Below, one piece after another: positions 1 to 11,197 of a stretch of DNA of 64,000 nt. The translations under genes and the position numbers were made by a program. The notes beneath the pieces were generated by a model. That model was not told the DNA's origin. It searched no databases and saw only the letters and a list, made by a program, of their open reading frames with translations. Each line of letters opens with the position of its first letter. The first letter of the stretch is position 1. Source of the DNA: Basidiobolus meristosporus CBS 931.73 (lineage: Eukaryota > Fungi > Basidiobolomycota); contig MCFE01000357.1 of the NCBI GenBank assembly GCA_002104905.1, positions 1 through 64,000 of the forward strand, written 5' to 3'.

Positions 1-3000
1 TAGTTCTGGCATGATTAGTAGGATTCCTAGCTAAAGCAATACAACTTTGATTTTCTTTGTAAACACAAGTTGGTTCATCTGAATTAAAGCCTAAGTCTTT
101 GAAAGATTTCTGTAACCATATAGCCTCCTTAGTTGCTTGGCAAGCAGCCATATATTCAGCTTCAGTTGTAGATAGGGCCACAGTTGGTTGTTTCTTGCAA
201 TTCCAAGTAATAGCTGCACCAGCATAAGGAAATACATACCCAGTGGTAGAGCATCTTTCAATCAGATCTCTACCCCAATCTGAATCACTATAACCATCAA
301 ATTTCTGCCTATTAGCTGCTCTAGAGTATTCTGGTACCATATTTATGGCACCTTGTAGATATCTGAAAATCCGCTTAACTGTTCTAATTTGATCTGATCC
401 ATAATTCTGCATGAATTGACTGACAATTCCAGCTGCCACTGCAATATCAGGACGTGTAAACACCAGCAAGTACATTAGGCTACCAATCATTGATTGATTG
501 GTAAAGTTTTGGTCCATATTTGAGCTGTTCTTGCCCAAAACTGGCTGAGATTGGCTCAATTTTAGATTATTGTCTATAGGGGTAGCTGCAGGCTTGCAAT
601 TTTCTGTTTTGAAGCATCTAAAAATGTCCCTGATGTGCATAGACTGATTCAGCACAATATTCTGCATAGGTATGTCAAACTAACGTCAATTCCAAGAAAA
701 TAGCACAATTTTCAAGATCTTTCATCTCAATCTTGCTGAAGAGATCTGTTTTTGTATGATTAAGTGCCTCCTGGTCACTTGTAGCAATTATTAGGTTGTC
801 CTCATACAGAACTAGGATGATCAGACCCTTTTTGAGCTGTTTCACATATATACTGTAATCTGCAGTACTATAAATAAACCCAATCTCCTCTAGATATGTG
901 TCAATCTGGTTATACCATGCTCTAGGTGCCTGCATATGCCCACACAACAATTTCCTAAGTTGGCACACCTTATGAAGGCCTTTTGGATTGGTAAAACCTT
1001 CTAGTTGCTCCATATATAGTTTCTTGCAAATCCCCATTTAGAAAGGCTGTTTGGCATTGACTTGGTGTAGATCTAGACTGTGTACAGCTGCCAGGGCCAA
1101 ACTGTCCTAATAGAGTTAAACGTTGCAACCAGAGCAAATGTTTCCTTAATGTCTATTCCTTGGATCTGGGAATAGCCTTTAGCCACCACTCTAGCCTTGT
1201 ACTTATCAACAGTACCATTTGAGGTTATATTTATTGTGTAGAGCCATCTACATCCTATTGGCTTTCTCCCATTTGGTAAGTCTACCAATTCCCATGTTTT
1301 TGCTCTGATCAGTAATTCGTGCTCCTCCTGCATGGCTTGTTGCAACATAGTAGCATCTAGACTTTGCATTGCCTGTTCCAGATTCTGAGGCTTGGTATAT
1401 AAGGCAAGATAAGCTTCTTCATAATCATTGGATGTCTGCCACCAGGATCCAGGGGCATTTCTTGCTCTGGTAGATCTCCTAACTGAGATAATCTGCTCTG
1501 ATCTGGAACTGGTAGAAATATCTTCTGTATCTGGCTGAATTCAGTATGTATCTACTTCATTAGTGTTGATTGCATCATCAGGCAGCTGGCCAATGATTTC
1601 TGTGGGTTTTGGATCTGAATTCTCATGATATACAATGTTCCTGCACTTGATCAGCTTGTGAATTTTTCCATCATACTTGCTATACCCTTTAGTATCATCA
1701 CAATACCCAAGAAAGATCCCTTTTCTACTCTTTGGTTCCAGCTTTGAGCGTTTTTTGTAAGGATGTGAAAAAAGACATCACTGCCAAAGATCCTGAGGTG
1801 CTGAAGGTCTGGTTTTTTGCCTGAATATGTTTCAAAGGGTGAGAATTCTGTGGTGCTGCTGGCAGGCATCTATTCATGAAGTATACTGCAGTAGCAACAG
1901 ATTCAGCCCAAAACTTGTAGTCCATTCCCTTATCATGTAGCATATATCTCTCCATCTCTACTATTGCTCTATTTGCATGTTCTGCTACTCCATTTTGCTG
2001 TGGAGTATGTAGAACAGTGGTCTGCTAAATTATAACAGTAGATGTGCAGTATTTTGCAAACTCCTTTGAGCTGTATTCCCCTCCATTGTCACTTCAAAGT
2101 ATCTTCAATTGACATCCAGTTTGTGTTTCTGACATGTTCTTGAAGTATTTAGACATCTCTAAAGCAATATCCTTTGTTTTGTGGAAGTATACCCTTGTAT
2201 ATCTTGTCTTGTCATCAATAAATATTGTAATGTATCTCTTGGCTCCAAAGGAAAGTGTTCTCATTGGCCCACATATGCCTGAGTGTACTATAGCCAATAT
2301 TTTGGTGATTTTAATGCCTCCTGAGCTCCTGAAACATTGCCTAGCTTGTTTACCATATGAACATCCCTTATAGACACTCAATTTGATTGGAATTGAGTAA
2401 TTAAGGCCCAAAACAAGCTCATTTTTCATCAATTTGCTCATATTCTATTCCCCAATGTGTCCTAGCCTCCTATGCCATGACTCCCAGCTGGTTTCATTGG
2501 TTTCAGCAATGTTGGCATACTCAGGTACAATGATCTTGCATTGTGACTTATATTTATTGTGATCTCTGATTCCTAAAGCAAATTTTTGTCCATTTTCACT
2601 CAATATTAAGCAGTTAAGCTTAGTAAACACAAACTTCTGTCCCTGAGCAGTTGCTTTACTGACTGAGAGTAGGTTCTTAGCTATTCCAGGGATGTAGAAT
2701 ATTTCAGTCAGTTTTACTGCTGTAGCCCTTGAGATATCACTCATATTTAGTAGTATAAACCCACTAGTGGTAGCTTCCAGTGCAGAGTTGTCTCCCAGGT
2801 AAACCTTTCTTACAGCTATAGTCTTTAAGTTGCTGAACCACTCCTTTATACCACAAGTATACTGCAATACTGCAGAGTCAGTAAACCATTCATTACTTTG
2901 GTTACTTGCACTCTCTTGTACAGTTACAAATAACTGTTCATCAATGGCTATATGGTTTTCCTGCTCCAGTTTCTGCTTTTTGTCTGCTTGTTTCTTCTTG

Positions 3001-3737
3001 CATTCTCTTTCCCAGTGTCCTGGCTTTGAACAGTAGTTAAAGCATCCAGGTTTTCTTTGGTTTTATTGCTTCCCCTTCTTTTCTGTGTGCCCCTCTGAGC
3101 TGAATAAAGCATTGTCTTTGATTTTCTCTGCTTGATCATTACATCTGAGTTCTTCATGGAGAAGTCTTCCTTTGACATAGTCTAAAGTCAAATTGTCTTC
3201 TCTGCTTTCAAAGGAAAGTATGAGTGGCTCATCTGGTAGGCTGCAAAGCAGACAGAGTATCTTTCCTTCATCATCTACACCAGCATTAATACTGTAAAGT
3301 TCTTCTACAAGTGTCCCTATTCTGGTAATGAGTTGTAGCATTTTGTGATCTGGCTTCTTCCTCATGTTCAAGAACTTTTGTTTTAGATAAAGCTTGTTTG
3401 ATACTGATTTTGCTCCAAAGATCTTCTCTAAGGTTTCCCATGCTGCTTTGGCAGTATTTGGAGCATGGACTTGTCAAGTAAGGGAATCTTGCACATTGAT
3501 ACATATAGCATAAATGGCCTTTCTCTTCTTCTCTTGAAACTTTTCTACTTCTTCTGCTATTCCTTTGGGCTCAACTTCTTTTCCTATTACTATATTCCAA
3601 AGCTTTCCTTAAGATGGATATGCATTTTGATTCTCCAAAGCCTGTAGTTCTTCCTATCAAACCTCCCCTTCATAGGGAAAATGTTTGTATTGTTTTGTTT
3701 CCTGGTAGAAGTCATCCTTGGAATAGGTTAAGGCAAT

Positions 3738-3751
3738 CAGGGCTCATAACC
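3738..3751 (-). promoter_or_regulatory. Primer-binding site GGTTATGAGCCCTG (anticodon arm of tRNAi-Met, Ty5/hemivirus type)
   Basis: + strand CAGGGCTCATAACC equals the anticodon stem-loop segment of yeast-type initiator tRNA-Met; it abuts the LTR. Confidence 0.85.
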
Positions 3752-4120
3752 AGTTGCAATTTAAGAAGTGATTTGGATATAAGGAACTTATCAAGATAAA
3801 GTGATAATAGTTGAACTGTTGCTTATTTATAAAGAAGATCAGCATTCATACCTTTGTAGAAGTAATACAGCTGCAACACTAGGTAAGGTGGGTTTCTTAA
3901 CATTCAGGAGCAATCTGTAACAGTTTCAGGTTATTACATAATGTCTGGTAAAAAGTGTTAGTTTGATCCTCACTATAGGGAAATAGTCATAGGATCATAA
4001 GTATAAAGAAGCTGGCAAAGTTGGGGCTACAAATAAGTCCTACAGTGACCAAGACTAGTCTAGAACTGTAAAGTAAATTTTTAGCTGCTGAATGATACTA
4101 AATAGTCCAATATTTCAACA
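3752..4120 (-). repeat. 5' LTR of copia family A (369 bp)
   Basis: Homologous along its length to 17855-18223 and 23873-24242; ends ...TTTCAACA on +; directly adjacent to the PBS. Confidence 0.9.
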
Positions 4121-6200
4121 GATCATAACAATCACCACCACCTGAGTTAGCAAATATGCTGTCAGCTCATATCAAAGCATTAATGAGGCAATTAGGTGCG
4201 CTGGCTGAGAGGATTGATGCATTGATCCATAGAAATTGAGATGTAGTCCAGTAGCAGGATAAGTGGATAAAACATGTAGAGAAATCAATATCCCAGGTGG
4301 AGAAAGCAACATCTTTGCTGCAACAAAAGAACTCAATTGGATCAATGTCACAGCCAAGAATTGAGCCATTTCCTAATATAACAGTAGAGGAACACTGTAC
4401 AGTCTTTGAGGCACAACAACAGTGCCCTAAGATAAAGCCCACAGAAAAACCTATCACAGCAGGGGAGGGAAAGGCTGTGGTGTTTATACCAAAGCCTAAA
4501 AATCTAAAGACATTGAGGATCTGTAAGGCCATTGTGCGTAATAAAGTTTATTAGGCTAGTATTCAAGATGCCATTATAAGTCTAGCACACCAACAAATTA
4601 GGGCTGACATACCATGGGACCATTACAAACTTAATGCCAAGCTGATGTACTTCACTTGTTTCATGAGCATTATCATGGAATCAAACAAGCAAACTGATTG
4701 TAGGTCCACATTGGTATGCTAGGATAGCATATCAACAATAGCAGAAATATCAAAGGCAGAAGAACAAGGGTGCAATGGTTCAAAACCAGCAGCTTCTTTA
4801 AGAGCCTGATACATGTAGGCCTAAAAGCTTCAAACAAGCATCAAAGAGACATCAGGCAACTGGAAAAGTGCCAATAAGGGAAAAGCAGACAGACATAGAT
4901 GCACCGGGATAAATTTATCAAGGAATAAGTGTAGGCCCACTTATAAGCACGCAATCTAGATAGCAGCAAAGGACCTGGCAATGATAAAAACCCGCTCCTA
5001 TCATAGGAGCCAATCACAGCATGAGTTGTGAGCTAAGATCAAGTGGGACAGAAGCATCAGGTTGTCTTCAGAGTGCCAGCACAGGACAGGTAGGCCAAAA
5101 CAGATGCATCAGAACAGTATTTATCAAGGACAGAGTGTAGCTCAATACAAGAAGCCCTCTGACAAAGTAGCAGTGAAAGACCTGGCAGTGCAAAGGAAAA
5201 GGTAAAGGAAAAAAATCCACCCAAGCCAGAGACAGGGAAGTGCAAGAAAAAAGCTGCAGTTCTTGCCTATCTTTTCTGTAAGTCTGGAGCTGACTGAATT
5301 ACATCAATTCAAAGAGGAATTACTAACAAGAAAGCTGCTGTTTGCACAAGAATTAGAAGTGCAGCCAGTTGAGCTACACTCCAGTGAGGTAGATGAGTTA
5401 GCAGAGAATGGCAATTTGTCTACCTCAGCCTCCATGTCCTCCATTGTTGACAGAGTGAAGATCCAACTGACAGACAAAGCAATAATCTTGATAAAAGGAT
5501 ATCACAATGCCTTCAGTGGAATTTTGGAATATTAACAAGCACACTAAGAGGTTGCAGCACTTTTCATGAGTAGTGATCAAGAATATTCAATTGGATATTG
5601 CAAGGATTATCTGTAAAGCCTGATAGGTGAGGTGCTAGACCTTGCAGTATTGGCTGAAGACTAAGACGTATGGGAACCAGTGCGTAAGCAGTTGCATAAA
5701 GATTGCAACAGAGAGCCACATCAGAAATACTTATTGAGTAGTGATTTCAATGGAGTAACTTGTTGGGTGTAGGTTTGGGCTTAATGCTAGTGTAGTGTAT
5801 AGGGACTTCTATAGGTCAATATAACTTGCAATTGAGGTACAACTGATGTTTCAGAGGAAATTAATCAACTTGTATGCAAGAAAGGTAAGAAAAATGGCTG
5901 AGACAGGAAATAAGGAGTGTGAAAAAGAGGCAATAGCTAATCAATGCACACATATGTAGGAGGTGAATGAGTGTCTGGGATCATAGAGCAACAAAAATTG
6001 CAGAGAACCAATCAAAAGCCACCTTTGTAATGTTGTGCTAAATATTGTGACTACATTTTTGAGAAATCTAGGGTGCAATTATTATTTAACAGTCTTGGCA
6101 CAGTGTCTTGATGGGATCCATACCTTTTCATCACAGGACTCTAAATTTGTGATAGCTGTTTGACAGGATCATCAGAATTAGTTTTCATAAGGGCACATAT
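4121..6200 (+). mobile_element. Fragment of the CACTA-like element: degenerate ORF2 plus downstream ORF3 region
   Basis: Colinear with 39370-41480 (e.g. TCAGCTCATAxCAA..ATTAATGAGGCAATTAGGTGC; GAACACTGTACAGTCTTTGAGGCACAACAACAGTGCC; AGAGAACCAATCAAAAGCCAC). Confidence 0.85.
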
Positions 6201-6229
6201 ACTTCTCTTATATTAAGCAATTCATTAAT

Positions 6230-7738
6230 TGAGCCCACATAATTGACTTGATTCATTGGATATTGATTACCTATGCAAAAACTCAAATATCAGCTGATTT
6301 CCAGAGTAAAAACTGAAACTCCAGCTAATTTAGAGCACTATGAGGCCTGCATACATGGGAAACAACTCCTACAACTGTTGAAGAGCTCTGGGTTATGCAG
6401 AAGCATCTCCCTGCCAAAATACAAGACTGATAGCATGATTGCACAATTCAGAGCATGACATGTGGCTGAAGAATTCTCCTAAACAAAAGGATTTGACTAA
6501 ACCAAGAGACTGAAAATGGAAGATAGACTCTTATTAAACACATTAAGTTTCCAAAGATACACTGCAGACTTTAGTGTCTATTTTATGCCAGCTGGAGCTA
6601 GTCCATTTCTATTAGCTCCGTATGTGGTAAGTCCTATTATAGCCACCAATAACCTAAAACAATGAAGAGACTAAATCTGGCCTTTATAAGGAGTTCAAGA
6701 TGTCAAATATAGGAGAGCTCAGTTACAACTTAGAGAAAAGGTTCTCCATGGACAGAGGTACCCAGACTATCACCCTAAGCCAATCTAAGTATACTCAAGA
6801 TATACTAAAGAAGTACTAAATGGAAGTCTCTGAACTTGTAGATATCCCAATGGAGAGAAACTTTTTCTTGATCAGAACTCAACTAAAACAAGAAAGCTTA
6901 GTGCCTGAAAGCCTTGACTTTCCTTATCAATCAATGGTAGGTAGCCTTATGTATATCATGCTTAGAACACATTCAGATATCTCATATTAAGCAGGGGTTG
7001 TAGGCCTGTATGACAAGAACAATGAATCTGATCATATTGCACCCATTGAGTGGTTTTTTTGGATATCCAAAAGGAACTGCTAATATCTGCTTAGGGTACA
7101 CTTTAATCGATTACAAGCAAGGCTTTGTAGGATAATCTGTTGCTTGTTGGGGACAAAACTCAGAAGGCAGAAGATCTACCACAGGATACAACTTTCTTCA
7201 CTGCAATTAATCATTTCTTGGAACTCAAGAGAGCAATTAACCATAGCAAATTTACCAGAGAGGCAGAGTATAAGGCAGGCTGTGAGGCTACAAAAGCAAC
7301 AATAAGGGTACAAAAACTTTTTAGAGATATTGGCTTATGTTGAAAAAGCCCCAAGTATTTTTTTCCAGATAATCAAAAATGTATACAACTAAGTTGAAAT
7401 CCAACTCCTTGTGTTTCAGCTAAGCATATAGATAATAGATATCAGCTCATATGTAAAGCTACTGAGAATAGCGCAGTCACCTTAGCTTATTGTGCTACAG
7501 ATGAAATGATTATTGACATATTTACCAAACCATTAGCTGGCAAGAAACTTGGATATCTTTGATCAAGATTAGGACCAGTTAGAATGGACATTCAGTGGAG
7601 TGGCAGTGCTCTGAAAGCTTGTAATTCCACCTAAATAATCACATAGCTTAGTCACTTAGCTTGTTTCCCACAAATCTTAGAGAATACTGACTAAGCTCCT
7701 TGTCAATATTTTCTTAGAATATGTTCATCAAGATACTA
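6230..7738 (+). mobile_element. Copia family B internal fragment (integrase N-terminus, deleted to RT/RNase H) with partial 3' LTR
   Basis: LEHYEACIHGKQ, then RT and RNase H homology to 36900-37900; LTR-B start ~7604 (GTAATTCCACCTAAAT), cut at 7738 by the fold-back arm. Confidence 0.85.
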
Positions 7739-8125
7739 GACTTGTTCTGTTGGATAGTGCCACATTGAGCCATGAGTGCCAAATGATGCCATAGTGTGCC
7801 AGAGAGGCTAAGTGAGCCTCTACCTGGCCACAGAGTGTGAAACATAGCTCCGCATCTTCATTCAAAGTAGCCCCTGTGTTTCACCCATTGGGTTGGAGAA
7901 AATCCATTTTTTGACCTTTTTTTTTGGATCAATGTTGTGCAGGATGTGCTGGAGCACTAGCAGATTGAAGATATGCATCTGGTACTCAATACCTATGGCA
8001 CTCTGAATCTAGCTCCAGTAGCTTGTATCATGTCACAAAAATGAATGGCACTATCTTGGTCCACTGGTACTATCTGGCACTATAAGTGCTTTGTATAGAT
8101 CCTACTTTAGGACTAACATTTAAAT
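7739..8125. mobile_element. One arm plus spacer of the fold-back/MITE element (truncated copy)
   Basis: TA|GACTTGTTCTGTTGGATAGTGCCACATTGAGCCATG... is colinear with 16949-17335; the second arm is missing. Confidence 0.9.
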
Positions 8126-9170
8126 ATAGACATTGAAGATCTGTGAAGCCATGGAGTGCAATAATGAAGAGTGGGCTAATACAATATAACATTAGTCATG
8201 AGACTTCAACTTGGTGATGGCCTTTTGACAGGATGATCTCAATGATTTTTCCTAGGGATTGCAGCAAAGTTGGCAAGCTATAGGCCATTGGCCTGATATG
8301 GAATCAATGGGAGACCGGAGATACTTGGGATAGAGGGTACCTGTTGGAGCAAAAGCTTTCCACTGGAAGCAAAGCATTTGCTTTTCAACAATCTGCCTAT
8401 ACTGATGACCAAGTTGTACATGGGTCATTTCAAGCTAAATGAGCCCTTCAAGGTACCAGAGAAATTTGAAAGAATTGGCCAGATATTACAGAGCACCCCC
8501 TACCCTGAGTACTTCTCATGGGCTGCAATCAGTTTTCATTTTCATATGCAACAATAAAAATGCAAAGATTGAATGAATTGGATATGTCTTTACTCAAATG
8601 GTGCTCTGAAACTATTCCTACCAACAGTACATTGGAAGCATTGGGAGTCATATGTGGACATTGCAGGAATATCTATTCAGAAGCAGATCACCAATGCCAA
8701 CTTGCCAGTCTACAGCTCTTGTGCAAGGAGTGTGTAACAGGACTTAAGCCACTATATTACAACATAAAGCTGAATATGTAGATCTCTGCCACTACCATAG
8801 CCATTCTCTACTTCTTCTCGCTTGGTGTGTGGAGAATATTGGGCCTTGCTTCACCTTTTGGGAGACTCATATGGAGTGGATGTGTGGGGAGATAGGAAGA
8901 CAAGTTAAGTTGCAGGTGCTACCATATCCTAATTTCATCAAGAATATTACCTTCAAGTGGTAGCAACCAAGCATATGTTTGTGAGATATATATGTGCATG
9001 TTTGTAGAGGTTAGTAAGCAGGATGCCACACTTTTTTTTGATTCAATCTATATGTGGAATACCCAAGGTAATAGCTGGTAAGCAAGTAAAGAGGGGTGAT
9101 TCTACAGTGGAATATATGAGTTGCACAAGGGGAGGTAGAGAAAGGAATTACCATCCTCCTTGGCAACAGC
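8126..9170 (+). mobile_element. Chimeric CACTA-like fragment (short ORF2 pieces fused to the transposase C-terminal half)
   Basis: 8130-8250 matches 39760 and 41430; 8260-9170 matches the reverse complement of 31400-32800 (MQRLNELDM, CGEIGRQVKLQVLPY). Confidence 0.8.
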
Positions 9171-9779
9171 ACTATGCACCAAGCCAACCTGCTTGGTTTA
9201 GTTGAAAACACCCTGCATTTACCAAGCTGTTGGATTAGCCACTAATCCATTTGAGCATGCTGAGTTGCACCTAAACCTACTGTCTCATTGAGCTCTTCAA
9301 AGAGCCCTATCTGCACATTCAGCTGAGCCTACACATGCTGCTACATTGGGCAATGAGCAAGCTACTTCTGGTGATCTGACTGATGAAGACTTGCTATAAG
9401 CCCCTAAACCACTTTAACCTTTAGCATGTAAATGAACAAATGAGCACAGAGCACTCTAGTACTGGGTCTCAATATTCTCTGGTGCAGTTTAGCATAACCA
9501 AACTAGAGCACTGCACTCATTGTCTAGGATGCAAACATTGACAGCAAGTATATGAGTGTCTAAGATAATAGTTAGCAAATAAGGAGTTCAAGTGTGCCAA
9601 GGGGATCTCTATCAAATGCTTGAGTTGTTATTATTGTGACAAAAACTAGAAGATGATGCAACTCAGCTAAATTACTATAAATAGCTGTATTCCCACAATT
9701 TAAATATGTCTTAGTAGTCCAAAACAAATTACTGCAAACCAGAAATATACAAGTTTTTGGTACAAGTAAAGTCAGCAAA

Positions 9780-10620
9780 GTCTTAAATTTGAAACATTTT
9801 CACTCTATATATGCACTATGCATGTGTATACTTTGCCTGCAACACCAGTGTAGTTACTTGATATGCCTTTTAGCTGCTCAACTGGTTGGGAGCCTGCATT
9901 GACACCTCATCTAATTACTAAGGTCCAGTACCTACTGGCATAGTTGGGGAAATAGAATATTTGATAGCAAATCAGGTAGCTTGCACATTGAATGCAGCAA
10001 CAATTGGGGGCTCACAGTGTCAGGATACTTAGAAACCAATCAACTGCTGGCATCTCATGCAATCAGAATTATTATATCAAAATGTTGGTGTGGGTAGATC
10101 TTATAGTGTATTGAACATATTTATTCTTTGCCATAAAGAAACAAGTATTTGATTTTACCAACCATTGTAGCTTGTCCAATTGTGCATGTGAGTCAAGCAT
10201 TACTAGTGGCACAATTATCTATGCCAGCTACACTATGTCAGATTGTGTCATAGTATGTAAGATTATCTCATATAGTGCAAAATCATTCAAGAAAACTCTT
10301 GTGAAGGCATTTTTCTGACTTTACTGCCAAATGAAGTTAAACCTTGATGGTGTTTAAGCAGTCTTTTGACAAGAATGGCATGGCATCCTAATAGTCCTAC
10401 TGCACTCAACATTTATTTGAGCAGATTTAACTGGTCAATACATTCAATTGCCTTGAATGACAAGGAACTTCACAGTGTTCCAATGGCCTCTTTGCAAATC
10501 TCTGCAGCTATCAAAATAGCAGTGTGGCGGCCTACAGCCAGTTCTAATAACATTACCATACCAATTTACCAAAACAAACCTCTTCCCCAACAAAACCATG
10601 CTTTCCAATTTAGAACACTT
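9780..10620. mobile_element. CACTA-like fragments: ORF3-type region (9780-10330) and transposase C-terminus on minus (10350-10620)
   Basis: GTCAGATTGTG and AAATCAGGTAGCTTG are shared with 20940 and 29360/29640; LVNWYG..RGH..TVKFL is shared with 31200-31410. Confidence 0.7.
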
Positions 10621-10910
10621 AGATCTTGAACGCTGTGGTGGTGTAGAGGTACTCCTGGGAGAAGCTACACAACTCAAGGTGTGTGAGGTGTCTGATGGGT
10701 GCAATAACCTCTGGGTCTAAACTGCTGGTGTATTTGTCAGTATGTCTCTATGGTTAAAGCTCCTGCTTCTCTAGCTTCCTAGGTGCTCCAAGTGTCTCCA
10801 AAGGCCTCTGTGTGTCTTGTGCACTACCCTGAAAAGCTCCTTGATGGCAGGTCTGAGATGTACTGTTGAAGGCAGGTGCAGTGATCAACTGCTAATCAAT
10901 AAGGTAGAAG

Positions 10911-11182
10911 TGTTACTGATAGAAGGGATGATTTATTGATGAGGGATTGCTTTCCCTTAAATACTTTTCCTGATTGCCAAGTGATTACTAATGACAAGGT
11001 TCTAGAAGATTCTAGGTATCAGTGGAATTCTTGATGACATCACTATGAGCTAAAAATATGCCAAGAATGTCCTGGAAGGTTCTAAAAGGCACAGCACTCT
11101 CAACCAATCGGGAATCAGTAGTCTGAAACCTGTGCAACATAGAAATACCATATATGATATTGAAATGGTAGAGATGGTAACA
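10911..11182 (-). repeat. Candidate LTR of an unidentified family (272 bp)
   Basis: Perfect TGTTAC...GTAACA termini; TATA-like GTATTTAAGG and AATAAA on minus. No TSD and no second copy in the window. Confidence 0.4.
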
Positions 11183-11197
11183 CAGACCTAGGTCATG

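Larger units (their letters stand above)
1..4120 (-). mobile_element. Ty1/copia LTR retrotransposon family A, copy 1 (degenerate; 3' end lies outside the window)
   Basis: The minus strand reads gag (3063-3710; CCNYCSKPGHWEREC zinc knuckle), protease/GAG-pre-integrase (2445-2867; ESWHRRLGH), integrase (1651-2441; VHSGICGPM, FIDDKTRYT), RT (675-1369; YKARVVAKGYSQIQGID, APRAWY, LVLYEDNLII) and RNase H (1-330). This is copia domain order, with many stops and frameshifts. Confidence 0.95.
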
